From NCBI GenBank assembly GCA_032718475.1, contig JAUCBJ010006900.1:1-64000 (forward strand): a DNA stretch of 64,000 nt. Direction: 5' to 3'. The stretch comes from Nemertoderma westbladi. Taxonomy: Eukaryota; Animalia; Xenacoelomorpha. The translations under genes and the position numbers were made by a program. How positions within the stretch are numbered: position 1 is the first letter of the stretch; each line of letters opens with the position of its first letter. The notes beneath the pieces are model-generated. The model saw only the letters and a program-made list of their open reading frames with translations. It had not been told where the DNA came from and searched no databases. Shown piece after piece: positions 23,406-37,122 of the stretch.

Positions 23406-23416
23406 ATAACAGTTAT
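23406..23416 (+). promoter_or_regulatory. Non-tRNA primer-binding site ATAACAGTTAT, complementary to LTR 11-mer ATAACTGTTAT (22664-22674)
   Basis: No TGG after the LTR; 11/11 complementarity; covarying equivalents in the inner and third copies. Confidence 0.75.
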
Positions 23417-24079
23417 TCTTTCTTTATTGCAACGTAGGCAATAAAGGCAAAAGTACCGGTCGACTGGTAACCAGTAGGCCTAACTACCTAACCACCCGAA
23501 CCGGTACTTACAGCAGTACAGGTACATCAGTATTATTCGATTTTGATAATTATATACCGGTAGGTCTTGATATTTAATCAGGGACTGCAGCCCTGGTTTT
23601 TTATTGGGATTTTACTTATTTCTGTCAGTTTTATTTATCTATAAGTTAATATTGAGCAGAAGGCATGTAAGCCTGCTCAGTTTGTACAGATAATTTGTAG
23701 GCTGGATTGTTGTCTGACTGTTGTTAAGTATGAAGAGATTGCAGTGTGTGTAGAGTGTATGTCCGATAAAGTACTAGTTAGGAACGTGGGGGCATCCAGT
23801 GCTGTAAGGTAAATCCCCCCCCCCCCCCCGAAAGAATAAGTTGTACTACTTGGTTAGAACGCATACTAACTAACCATTTCGGAGTCTGCATATACTGTAG
23901 TTTATTTAGGCTTGATAGTAGTCTGTCAGCATTTGGTTTGTATTTTGTTTGTGTAGTCTGTACGGGTAGCGTAATATTTATTATTCAGAGTATATGCGAT
24001 TATTCGCAACATTCACAACCCCAAGTTTATTCCTACAGTAATTGTGCTTGTTATACATACCGTTATAGTTAAATTAACC

Positions 24080-24783
24080 ACCGTTATCCGGTGAAACTTT
24101 CACCCATCGTACCACCTCGACGGACCAGCAGGCGAGGCTGGATGTGTCTGTGAGCGGCTTCTGGGGAAACCGATTCCAGCGGTCGTTCATCGACGTGTCC
24201 GTGTTTAACCCGCTGGCGGCGACGAACGCGGCTATGTCCCTAGACGCAGCGCACCTCCACCATGAGAATCGTAAGATTCTTAAGTACGAGGAGAGGATAC
24301 GGGAGGTGGAACATTCTACTTTCGTCCCCCTCATATTCTCGGCCTTTGGCGGGATGGCGCCGACCACGCGCCAGTTTGTTAAGCGCCTGGGACAGAAGCT
24401 CGCGGACAAACGCGAGGTCAGGTACTCGGAATGCGTCACGTGGATCCGGCGCAAGTTAAACTTCGCGTTGCTTCGTTCCTCCCTGCTCTGCCTTCGAGGT
24501 TGTAGGTCAGCCTCTAAACGGCCGGTTCATTGTCCAGTGTCTGATGCCTCCATTCGGTTGGACAACGCCGACACTGAGCCGTAGCCTGGTAGTACAGCGC
24601 AGTCGTACAGGCCTACAATAGCTGACCAGTAGGCCTACAACATAAACAACCAACTGTTTTGAATTTCCCCCTTACATCCGTATCACTGTACCTCATTGTA
24701 TAAATCAGATTTGGTGATAGGGTGTAATAGTGCAATTTGAAATCCATTGTATCAACTATGTTATTATACTATCATTCTCACCC
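24080..24783 (+). mobile_element. 5'-truncated CRE-type (RLE) non-LTR retrotransposon inserted in the BEL leader
   Basis: 13 bp TSD AGTTAAATTAACC (24067-24079, 24784-24796); absent from the other family copies; PLSGETF..ARLDVSVSGFW..FIDVSVFNP..KYEERIREVE..FVPLIFSAFGG..WIRRKLNFALLRSSLLCLRG. Confidence 0.9.
24144..24584 (+). pseudogene. RLE endonuclease C-terminal fragment
   Basis: RLD...D...E..K..KY restriction-like endonuclease motif pattern; 5' truncated. Confidence 0.85.
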
Positions 24784-26539
24784 AGTTAAATTAACCCCGG
24801 TACTACATCAGGGCTGTTTGGCGTAGGTAAAGACTGGTGATTTTATGCTCTAGTCACTCCAGCAGATACCATGGTTCTTTTAGCTGTACAAGTATTTTTA
24901 ACTGCTGGTTATTTGTTGTATAAGTACTTGTACCTAATTTAGGGTTTAGTGTACAGTGCTTTCCGAAGGTAATTAGTTTGTAGGCAGTATATTTGTGTTG
25001 TAAAGTGGTTAATAGGCACGTTAGCTATGGTTGGTTGTGGTAATTAACTTCTAGGTAGGAACACTCCGGGTACATAACGTAGTACTTATAGAGCTGTAAA
25101 GCTAGAGACTATAAGTCATCAGACGGTGGTATTTTCCTATCTAGACAATGCAATATATTTACTACTGCTTTATTATTTTCAAATACCGAAGTATCCTGTC
25201 CGTTTGTAATAACCAGAAATTCTAACTCCTTGTGTTCGCGCTTTTGAAGACCTTTAGCAGTTTAACCTGCCAAAATTTATATGTCTTTTAGTTAATTAAC
25301 ACACCTTTAGCATACGACAATATTTTATGCTAATAAACAAAACATTAGCCGAAGCCAGCCCATGCGCGATCATTCACCCGATGGATCTACACCCGGGAGG
25401 CTGAATTCGGATGCTTAGATTTTATTATTGCAGTGTAAGGTTGCAGTGTAAACCTATTGTATTATTCGATAGATCACTAATATGTAATTTCTGACAGATA
25501 TTATTAACTTTCGGGAAATATTAACAGTTCCTTTAGGACGTGGCGCTCTATCTATTTAAACAGAGCTAGGACTTATACTAAACGCAACGATAAGGCTTAT
25601 GATTAAAGTATAAGTCGCATTCTTTAGGAAATGCTTTGTTACCAGTCACATCACACTCACAATCATGCACACTATTCTGCCGACCGTCAGTATATTTGAT
25701 CACACATAAAGAGAACAGCAATTGACTCACGTAGGGTCTGCTAAATAACATTGGATTCAATACACACCACATTAATATAAATCGCAATTGTTATGTATAG
25801 CCGGTCTCTCTAACCTGTAGTGTATCAAGAAAATTGGGAATTTGGGTGATTTATCCGTATTATCCAAAGAGCAATATTTCCATCAACAAATAGGTACAAT
25901 TAATAACTGACGGTAAATAGCAGTACAAACAATATGATTAGTGCAGTTAAATTAAGTGAGGTAACACCGCCGGTAACAGTTATACTTTCTATAATCTAAG
26001 CAGTTTTACTAGAGTTTCTAGAGCCGGTGTTTCTGGCTTAGACAGCAATAACAACAAAGTATCAAGTAAGAGCAGTAAGACTGAACACTCTCCTTATGAT
26101 CGGCTGAAAAGCTACACGTCGACAGGAAAAATCGCTCTGATTGGCTCAAGCCAAACAAAGAACCGTACATCCAATGGCTGTTTCCATGTCAGCAACCAGC
26201 TGTTAGATGTCGTAATATGAATCATCACGGCTAAGCTGTGAAAGGTAATTGGTGCATTACAGGTTTTTTGCCTTACCATGTCCGCCAAAACACGTATATA
26301 GCAGAATTACTTTTATGTCCGTTAAAACACCTGTAAAGGTACCTTGCGGGCGAGGGGAATATATATACAGTCAGAGAACCCTTTTAGAGTATTCCAGCGC
26401 CTGGGGGGAAACTGGATTGCGAAGCAAAAGGGGCCAGTTATATCCCACAGAAGCTTTTACACCGCTCCCAGAAAATGGGATTTAAGTCTATAAAATATAC
26501 AAAATCACAGTTTCTAAAATATAAAAATACTCTAAACAG

Positions 26540-27829
26540 TTAGTCTTTCTTGCGCGGACGGCGTTTACGCAGTTTTTTAAAGCTAGCAAGAGTCTTTTTC
26601 TCTTTGGGGCGAGCCACTTTACGAGGAGGGCTATAACTCCTGGGTGAAGGGTGCAATATGATTGCATCAGAGGGTGTAGGATTATGGTCGGTGTATCCGC
26701 CGGTCGAAGTACCGGGTTGATTGACATCAACGTCCGGGGAGAGGGGTCTAACGGCTTTGAGAGCTCGTTTCAAGACAGCCGCTCTTACGGGTCCTGTACG
26801 AGTGGTCTGCACGAGGGCCGTGGGTGGACCATAAGTAGTTAGAAACTTCCTTGGTTTAATGGTTCTTTCCAACTCGCGTTCGCGGGCTCGGTACTCGTAA
26901 GGCCGTCGATATACTTCCTGTAACTCGATATGCGTGATTTCTGTTCGACAGAAGCGAATAGATAAGGATGGAACGCATAAATTCCTTTGTAAGCGCGTCC
27001 AGGATAATAGCGATGGCGCGAATCACGATGTAAATCAGCGTTCGCTTCCCAAGCTCTAATGTAACGTAGTGTGATCATTTCATCTACGCTTTCCAAATCG
27101 CGATTAAAAGGGCAATCGAAACTGGCGTGTCCCTTTAGTGGACAGTGGTGACATTGAGTCATAAATTGAGGGCAAACCGCAAAAATATGCAAATTATTAA
27201 ATCTGCAATACGCTCAATAAATTTCCATCGCCGGTTGTTCGTGGAAATAGGAACAGCGGACGTTTGTGTCCATGGGCGTAACATGGTCTCTCGATGCGCA
27301 TAACCGACAACGTTGCCGAGAAACATAGTTGGCATGGCGATAATCGTACGCAGTGAGACACTGTGGACCTTGATACCATTCTAGGATGTAATCGTTGTCG
27401 CTGTTCCGAGCGCGATAGGCTGAATCTCCTCAGATTCTAGGCATATTGGTTCGTCTTCACAGTCTGTTACGAATAGAATTTTCGTGATCTATTCTCGGTT
27501 TATCGTTACGACTCCGCTGGGTATGATATTTAAATAGAACCATTTCCCTTTAGGGTGTCTACATCGTCCGTATCATGTAAATCGATAGGATGGCCGGTAG
27601 TTAAGAAGTCCATATACGTACCATTACGATGCGTATAGCGAGCGGTTAATTTTCGATAGTCCAATTCACGCGTAAGTTGCTCTTGGGACATCGGCGGTTC
27701 GATATAACGACCATCGTCCTCCGTAATAGTCGGATCGGCTTCACCGCGTATCAAGCTATCCACAAACGCTTGTAAAGGTAGAGTATATCGCTCTCTAATA
27801 CCAAGGTCATCTTCTATCAATTCCGTCAT
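26540..27829 (-). pseudogene. Deleted, frameshifted remnant of the extra ORF (N-terminus, zinc-knuckle region and basic tail; exonuclease region missing)
   Basis: Homologous to 44247-44610 and 47380-48460; deletion junction near 27460. Confidence 0.88.
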
Positions 27830-29446
27830 ATCTGCTATCTGAGTTTGTTAATATCAATATAAGTTAATATTTTAGGCAAGCGGGCGTCGTTGCCTACTAG
27901 GCTTTTCGCCCCCGGACAGTGGGTTTCTCAGCGCCGATGTACCGTTGTCGCGGTGTTTGCGCCAACATGTAGCAACAGCACGACAACGATAATCGACACA
28001 AGTCCCACCACTGTCCGTCCCAAAGGCTTGAATCCACTTGAGGTTATCTCGGTAGAGTTAGGCTACTTTACAATTGCGATTAGCTACTGTAAACACACTT
28101 TAGTAGTATCATTCACCTATAAACGCACAAATTCCATACAATCATTACTTACTGCACACATGCAAGCCATTTTGTCCGTTAGTCATTGTCTTCCAGAATG
28201 TCACGTTATTACTATGTATCCTTGGATACTAATAGTGCGCTATGTATTCTCTTATGCTACGCAATGGGCAAGCCTTTTATTGTTACTTTAACTTGCTTCT
28301 AATTCTAGCGTGGGTGTTGCCATGGTGACATTATGGAAAACTAGCGGTAGAATTAGGGTAATTCTCATGCATACAGATCTGGGATGTTATTTAATAGTAA
28401 TTCTTTAATTGTCAATATCCTCTTTATGCATGATTTTATAAATTTTATCGGCTATTGACTATATATTGGAGATTCTCGCACTCTAGTACACTCAATATGA
28501 ATCTCCGCTCCCATGATCTATTAATTACTGGAATTTTGGGAATGTTGTAAATTGCACAAAATGACAATTTATGAAATTCATTCGAATATGAATTTAAATT
28601 TATTCCCGTGAATTTTATTATTTGATGTTAAATTTGACACAATTTGATTCCAGAGCAGGTCTGGGGACATAGGATCCTTAATTCTATGAAATTTGTCTTT
28701 TAAGAGTATCAGTAAGTGCTACGATATCTTAATCGACTAGAATTGTTAACGGATCTGAATTTTACAGATTTTAATAAATATTAAATTAATATTTAAGATG
28801 GGCACCGATTTATTCCAGAGCTTGTCTGGGGACGTTAACCACTGATTCTAGAATTTGTCTTTCAAGTATATCGGTGGGTGCCGCGATATCTTAATCGACT
28901 AGAATTACAGATGGTCAAAAGGTTTAACAGATTTATTTGCGTTTTACGCTACTGTTAGAGGGACATCACGCTACTATATGTATTATCTGTTATAAGGTAG
29001 AAGAGCAATATCGCACGAAGCAATGTCAGTGTGAAGAGGCAAGTCGTTTCCAAGGTCTACCCAGAGCTTGGTTTAGCCGAGACACGAGGATCTGAACTTT
29101 GCATTCCTAATACTCTGCCTACCAATAATACTTAAATATAGTAGGAGCTTTATTGTACTTTAATAAGTACGGACATGTCATCTTACTATAGTCTCGCATT
29201 TATAATATAATACGGACAGTAAGGAAAGAGAAAAGAATTATTTCTCGCCGTCGCACTAGATATATTATGTAATTACGTAATAAACACTAATATATTGCAC
29301 TAATCTACTAAATAATCTAAATAACATTCCACTAAATAAAATTAAATAAAACGATTATAATAAAGTACATAATAATCCATACCTAAATATAAAATAATAA
29401 TAAAAAAATATAAAATAATATAGTCACACACCCACTCCATATATAA

Positions 29447-31789
29447 TTACGTTATGGAGTCCCTAGATCTTTGTCGAATTAGGGAAGTGGTCGTAGGAAG
29501 AGTATCCTGCCTTCCATGGTTTCCGGACAGTTTTCGGTCTCTTTCCAGTAAACCTAAGCGACCAGCTGGGCGATTAGGCTGTCGTGTTACTTCCTCCGCT
29601 CCCTTGGCCTGTCTAATCTCCTCAGTGGTAAGATGAGGAGGCCATTCATCTTCTTCTTTACTTAGGGAGTCGGGTCCACCTAACCAGCCGGGAGTATCTA
29701 TCCGTTCTTGAGGAGTCGCTCCTCTGGAAGCGATGTCGGCTAGATTAATCATCTCGGGGCGATGTCTCCATTGATCTTCATTGGAGTTAATATCGTCATT
29801 ATCTGAGGAGTATGGTGTTCCCTCAGTTAGTTCGTCCACTTCACTGCTCTCCACTTCCAAACCATTTATCTGGTATAGTCTTTCTGATGGTAGTCTCTCT
29901 TCGAGAGTTCTGCGGGAAGGACCAGTAAAGTACCAACCTACTCTAGTTCTTACCGCATAGGTTTGTAGTGGCTGCGGTTGAGCAGGTCGTTTTTCCAATG
30001 TCTCGAGCGCCTCGTGCGCGTTTTGGCCGATAAGTATTTGCACTCCAGGATAATCTGTCTGGAATCGAGGTATCTTAAGATGTTGGATGCTCTCATCCTC
30101 GTCCCAATTATAAAGGTCTGCTTGGGTAGTAGCGAAGTTCTTTATAGCCACCATTTTTACTGACCTTATACTTTGTGCTCCTAATTTATCCTGGGGGGTG
30201 GACAACGCACCTACATAGTAATCTGCCGTTATGGTAGATTTCCAAACCTGCATAATTCCGGATATATTCAACTTAGTTTGGAATTTGGGTTGTCCAGCAA
30301 AGATATCTTCGGCTAGTTCTTGATCGATGAATGTTCCTGTGCTGCCGGAGTCAAGGAGTGCGTTCACTATGTAACTTTTGTTGGGACCGTGAACTCTTAC
30401 CTGCACTACAGGAAATTCTCTGATTCCTACGTTGGAAGCTGGAGCTTTCCAAGATGGTTGTTTGTCAAAGGTGGTTGGGGGGAACTCCGTGTCGGTGTCT
30501 TTTTCGTACGTAAGTGCTCGATACACTGCGGTATTTATTAGATAACAGGATTCGTTGGCATCGGAGAATTCGTCCGTATAGAATCCTTCCCACTCAGAAC
30601 TTTGGTCAGTGTCGTTCACATCACTGAATTGGACATGTGATTTGGGCTCACTTACCTGACTCGGGCTGTTTCGTTCGAATTCCGTGTGCAACAAGCTATG
30701 ATGTTTCGCGCCGCACTTAGCACACCTTGCGTCAGAGTAACAGGTTCGCCGCTGGTGTCCGCGTCTGAGACAGTTATAACATAACCGCTTATCCCACAGG
30801 ACTCCACGTCTATCTGCCATGGATTTCTTTAGGAATTCTGCACACGCACTCAAACGGTGGGGCCCGTCGCACAGCGCACATTTTGGTTTGATGTTACTCA
30901 CCTTAACTTGGTTAACGTTCTGCACTCTCGTTCTTTCTTCGGGCTTTCTTCCGTGAATTCTCTTAGGAGACGTAGGAGGAGTTGTTGTTACCTGTTCTCT
31001 CCTGTCACTGGTTCGAGACTTGTATTTACTTACGTCTTTATAGGTCTTGTTGTCATAGTAAGATCGTTCGGTGTCTTTCCCGCTGTCCTCTTCTTGAGAA
31101 GCTTGGCTTTCGCCGTCGTCAGTATAACACACTGGTATTATCCTTCTCCTAGAATCGGGTTTCTCACTTACCTTATTTTCCGATGTTTTCTCTCTGGCCT
31201 GCCTTATGAGTTGTAATTTTACTTCACTATCTAAGAAGGACATGAGATCAGCCATGATAGGACTTCGTCGTTGTTGTTCATTCATGTACAACACTTTCTT
31301 GTCCCAGCGCGTACATACTCCACCCTTTGGTAAAGTAGAGACTACGGCTCCAATGACCATGGAACTCTGATATTCATGCGACTTACCTAACCAGTCCAGT
31401 TGTCTACAGATCTCTTGAATTTCATCGGAAAACTCTATAATCCCGCTACTAAGGAAGTGTCGGGGGGCTACTAATTTTGCATACAAATACTTAGCTATGT
31501 TATCCTTGTTACCATACCTGATGTTTAATGTATCCCAAACTTGTCTTAATCCATCTGGATGTCCAATAAACTTTAACGCCATTAACTTGGGAGGTCCTTC
31601 CAAGCACTTGATGAGGAATCTAAGTTTCTCTCCGTTAGATAGTACAGAGTTCTGTATGCTATCTTTGTAATATTCGTTGAAAGGTAACCATTTCATCTCA
31701 TCTCCATTGAATTTGACGATCTCTCCCACTTTGACCGCTTGGCGGGCTTCTGTTCTAGCCATCTGACGCGTAAAGCTTTCTTGGACCAT
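29447..31789 (-). pseudogene. gag: Large-BEL gag core plus aspartic protease, fused by deletions to short RH/IN remnants
   Basis: KFNGDEMKWLPF..Y..SI, EKLRFLIKCLEG, CALCDGPHRLSAC / CYNCLRRGHQRRTC / CAKCGAKHHSLLH knuckles, ALLDSGSTGTFI protease; then QWRH..INLADIASRG and NRPAGRL remnants. Confidence 0.9.
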
Positions 31790-31797
31790 CGTGTTAT

Positions 31798-33618
31798 TTA
31801 ATATCGAATTATCGGTATATAAATTTCTCGGATCATTATCAGGTCTATAGGGAATATCATTAATAACAGGTCTATAATCACCCTTAATAGGGTTTCAACT
31901 TCACTAGCAGTATAGATGCGTGTAGGCTCCACACCTTGCGCATGTAGTACTTCAGACCTAACAGGTTGACACAATGTTACAGGGGGTATTGGTATGCCCT
32001 TTTGTATATTGACTAATTTGTCGCGTTCTAGCGCGATACTTTGCTGCACTTCTTGCAACTCTGCTCTACCTTCCCTCACTGTTCCCTTAAGTTGGTGGAC
32101 AGTCTCCTGCATCTGTCCTAGCAGGAGATTCATCCCCCGCCGTCCCTCTTCCACCCACTCAACCGCCGAAGCGGGAGTCGCCAACATAGTAGCGGGCTGA
32201 CGCGGGACGACGGGAGACAAATTATTGATTTCTCTCTCTGCTATCTGGACAGGGGTATTTGCATGGACTGTTCCACCGGGTACAGGCAGTGTAGTACTAT
32301 GTAAAGGGAATTTAGAGTTAAGCTCTGGAAGTGTAGGGGTCTCTAGCACAGAAGTGACTTTGGGAACAACAGGCCTAATTATTTCAGGTTCATCGACTAT
32401 AGTAGGGAGTCTTTTGACCTGGATAAATTGTTCTATGGGTTCTGCACTACCTAAATCTGTGCTAGTTAGCTGTCTTTTAACAGCTGGGGGCAAATCAGGC
32501 AATTTGCGACGGTAATATGTTTTTCTACGCCTACTTAGATGAGATCTATTTCCTCCGCCTTCAGGGTCGGTAGTATCGCCTTCCTCCGAGGATGTGTACC
32601 CTTGGCGCTTGGGAGTAGATTTTCTCATCATCTGCATTTGATTAGCAGTAAACTGTTTATTTATACTGTCTTGTGTCTCTTGCAGATTTTCCAACTCCAG
32701 TTGGGTAGTCTGCTCAAATGCTCTCCTTTCTGCTTCTGCCACTGTTGCCTTTCTTTCGGCTTCCGCCGCTTTTCTTTCTTCTTCTGCTTCTGCCGCTTTT
32801 GCCTTTCTTTCGGCTTCTGCTTCTTTTCTTTCTGCTTCTGCTTCCGCCGCCGCTGCTGCTGCTACCTTTCTTCTCTCTATCAGTTCTTTCTTTACTTGTT
32901 CTTCTCGGACTCTAATGAGGCGGAGTTTTTCATCACATTCAGCTTGGTTTGCAGCTAACATTTCGGCATCGATTGCGTCCAACACAAGCTTGGTTCCTTC
33001 ACTATTAGGGGAAAGTCCAGACAGCCGTCTCCTCAACTCTTCGTCTCCTAGGAATCGCTGATAGTCGGACAAATAAATGTCGATAGCGTCTCTAGTTCGC
33101 GGCTTCTCTGCTGATGTTAATTCGCTTTCCACTTCGCTTTCCACCTCGCTTTCCACTTCGCTTTCCACCTCACTTTCCACTTCGCTTTCCACCTCACTTT
33201 CCACTTGAGAAGAAGTGGCGTCGGTTGATTCCCCACAGGCTGGCCGCCCATCATAAACCGTATCCGCCATCTTCGCTCCGCGTTCTGGCGTCCGCTCAAC
33301 AGTATCCGAACTACTGGAGCTATCGGGCCGCTGAGAACTAGGTTCTTGGCTAGGAGGTTGCTGCTGTTTTATAGCTTCTTCTTGATCCCGCTTGACTTGG
33401 GCCCGAGTGCCTATGGCAGACCAACGGCGCTTCACTAACTTCGCAAATTGCGAAATCTTTTCTACCAACCTAGGTTCTGTCACAACCACTGCAGGGGTTG
33501 CCCTTCTTACAGTATGAGGGGTTTCAGACCTCGGTCTGGGATTCTCTACACTTTGATCTGAGAAACAGGCTGTTGTTTCTAGGAGACTATCTGACAGAGT
33601 TTGCCTTGTGTCAGCCAT
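31798..33618 (-). pseudogene. gag: Long N-terminal gag extension (low-complexity/coiled-coil), frameshifted from the gag core
   Basis: Homologous to 37952-39949; (ESEV)n 12 bp repeats at ~33122-33207 and AEAERKA repeats. Confidence 0.8.
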
Positions 33619-35893
33619 GTTTGATTGTACAGTCGAATGCCTACTGCTATATTACAGTTAAAGCAAGTCTAGTAATTCAGTATCACTGTTAGCCTAATAA
33701 TTAATTACCGATACTGCTACTCAGTGTAGCGTGATATATATATAATATATTAGAATACCGGTATGCTTATAGTATATATAAGTATTATTACAGACTAGAT
33801 TTGTCACAGAGTACCGGTATATAAATTTAGCACAAATATATATAAATATATAATAGGCCTATAGTGAATACCGGTATACAGCTTACACTTACAGCATGTA
33901 AGTATAATTATGAACTAGAATTAATTACAGAGTACCGGTATGATTTCAGCTCAAATTTATAGAGATAAATATAATAAGCCTATAGTGAGTACCGGTATGT
34001 CAATTATTTTAGAATAATTGAATCTCTGAATATTTTAGGGCTACTTGGTTACTTTAACTTACTTTGTTACCGTTATTTAAGCAGTAGTCCAACTGATAGT
34101 GAGACCTAGTTTTTGTATGACAGGCCTACTATTTATAAATCGTTTGATTTGATTTATAATATTTATATACCCGTTATATGGGTTTTTGTCAATATTTGAA
34201 ATAAATGTTATTATTTCTGGGGGAGTCACTACACAGAAGCTGAACGCCTCTCAGTGAAGTGCTATTTATTTGACACTAAAACTGATAATTCTAATTTACC
34301 TAAGTTACTTAATACTACAAATTACTTACGATATGGGTGAGATTAATTCTCTAATTAAACACAACAAAATATTACGTACGAAATTTTTAGGGTAATTTTA
34401 CAGGAAGTCTACAAACCAGCCTAACAAAGGGTTAGAATTCTGGTTATTACTGTATTACAACGGACAGGGTACTACGGTATTTGAAAATAATAAGTAGTAG
34501 TAAATATACTGCGTTGTCCAGATAGGAAAATACCACCGCCTGACGACCTATAACCGTATCGCTATAGGTACTACGTTATGTATCACGGATTGTTCCTACC
34601 CAGAAGCTAATAGAGCTAACGAATGTGCCTATCAACCACTTTACAACACAAATATACTGCCTACACTAATTACTTCGGAAAGCACTGTACACTAAACCCT
34701 AAATTAGGTACAAGTACCGGTATAACAAATAATCAGTAGTTAAATATACTTGAACAGTTAAAAGAACCACGGCATTTGCTGGAGTGACCGAAGCACAAAA
34801 TCTCCAGTCTTTACCTACGCCGAGCAGCCCTGATGTAGTACCGGGGTTAGTTTAACTATAACGGTATGTATAACAAGCACAATTACTGTAGGAATAAACT
34901 TGGGGACATGAATGTTGCGAATAATCGCATAAACTCTGAATAATAAATATTACGCTACCCGTACAGAATACTCAAACAAATACAAACCAAAACGCTGGCA
35001 AACTACTATCAAGCCTAAACAAACTACAGTATGTGCAGATTCTGAAACTGTTAGTTAGTATGCGTTCTAACACGGTAGTACGACTTACTCTTTAAGAGGG
35101 GATTGTCCTTACAGCATATGGCTGCCCCAACTTACTAACGGCACTTGATCAGACCAACTCTACACACGCAGCAATCCCTTCAGACCTAAAAATAGCTAGA
35201 CAACAATCCAGCCTACAAATATTTGAGTAATAACTATTACGGTACCTGAACAGACCACACAAACAAACTCAGGCTAAAACACTGGCAGACTACGATCAAG
35301 CCTAGATAAACTACAGTATATGCAGATTCTGAAATAGTTAGTTAGTATGCGTTCTAACACGGTAGTACGACTTATTCTTTAAGAGGGGATTGACCCTACA
35401 GCATATGGCTGCCCCAACTTACTAACGGCACTTTATCAGACAAACTCTACACACGCCGTAATCTCTCCAAACTCAACAACAGTCAGACAGCAACTCAGCC
35501 TACAATTATCTGAACAATCTGAGCAGGGTCACACGCCTTCTGCTCAATATTAGCCTACTAGTAAATAAAACTGACAGAAATAGACCTAAGTAAAATCCCA
35601 ATAAAAACCAGGCGTCCCCGATTTAATATCGAGACCTACCGGTATACAATAATCAAAATCGAATAATACTAAATGTACTTGTACAGCAGTACCGGTACCA
35701 GTGATGACAGTTAGGCCTACTGACCTACAGAAGCACCGGTTCAGTTTTACCAGTCACTACGGTATTTTGCAACCTTATTGCCTACTGCAATAAGATTATT
35801 AACTGTTACTGTTCGACAGAACAGTATTAAACTGTATTTAATGCCTACACTTGCAACCTTATTGCCTACTGCAATAAGATTAATAACTGTTAC

Positions 35894-37122
35894 TGTTCGC
35901 GCTTTTGAAGACCTTTAGCAGTTTAACCTGCCAAAATTTATATGTCTTTTAGTTAATTAACACACCTTTAGCATACGACAATATTTTATGCTAATAAACA
36001 AAACATTAGCCGAAGCCAGCCCATGCGCGATCATTCACCCGATGGATCTACACCCGGGAGGCTGAATTCGGATGCTTAGATTTTATTATTGCAGTGTAAG
36101 GTTGCAGTGTAAACCTATTGTATTATTCGATAGATCACTAATATGTAATTTCTGACAGATATTATTAACTTTCGGGAAATATTAACAGTTCCTTTAGGAC
36201 GTGGCGCTCTATCTATTTAAACAGAGCTAGGACTTATACTAAACGCAACGATAAGGCTTATGATTAAAGTATAAGTCGCATTCTTTAGGAAATGCTTTGT
36301 TACCAGTCACATCACACTCACAATCATGCACACTATTCTGCCGACCGTCAGTATATTTGATCACACATAAAGAGAACAGCAATTGACTCACGTAGGGTCT
36401 GCTAAATAACATTGGATTCAATACACACCACATTAATATAAATCGCAATTGTTATGTATAGCCGGTCTCTCTAACCTGTAGTGTATCAAGAAAATTGGGA
36501 ATTTGGGTGATTTATCCGTATTATCCAAAGAGCAATATTTCCATCAACAAATAGGTACAATTAATAACTGACGGTAAATAGCAGTACAAACAATATGATT
36601 AGTGCAGTTAAATTAAGTGAGGTAACACCGCCGGTAACAGTTATACTTTCTATAATCTAAGCAGTTTTACTAGAGTTTCTAGAGCCGGTGTTTCTGGCTT
36701 AGACAGCAATAACAACAAAGTATCAAGTAAGAGCAGTAAGACTGAACACTCTCCTTATGATCGGCTGAAAAGCTACACGTCGACAGGAAAAATCGCTCTG
36801 ATTGGCTCAAGCCAAACAAAGAACCGTACATCCAATGGCTGTTTCCATGTCAGCAACCAGCTGTTAGATGTCGTAATATGAATCATCACGGCTAAGCTGT
36901 GAAAGGTAATTGGTGCATTACAGGTTTTTTGCCTTACCATGTCCGCCAAAACACGTATATAGCAGAATTACTTTTATGTCCGTTAAAACACCTGTAAAGG
37001 TACCTTGCGGGCGAGGGGAATATATATACAGTCAGAGAACCCTTTTAGAGTATTCCAGCGCCTGGGGGGAAACTGGATTGCGAAGCAAAAGGGGCCAGTT
37101 ATATCCCACAGAAGCTTTTACA
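35894..37122 (-). repeat. 5' LTR of inner large BEL/Pao copy
   Basis: Direct repeat of 25233-26461. Confidence 0.96.

Larger units (their letters stand above)
25233..37122 (-). mobile_element. Large BEL/Pao element, inner copy (11.9 kb, non-autonomous), nested antisense in the leader of the outer copy
   Basis: 1229 bp LTRs 25233-26461 and 35894-37122, identical by eye; CCTTG TSD 25228-25232 and 37123-37127; gag and protease kept, RT/RH/IN largely deleted. Confidence 0.96.
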
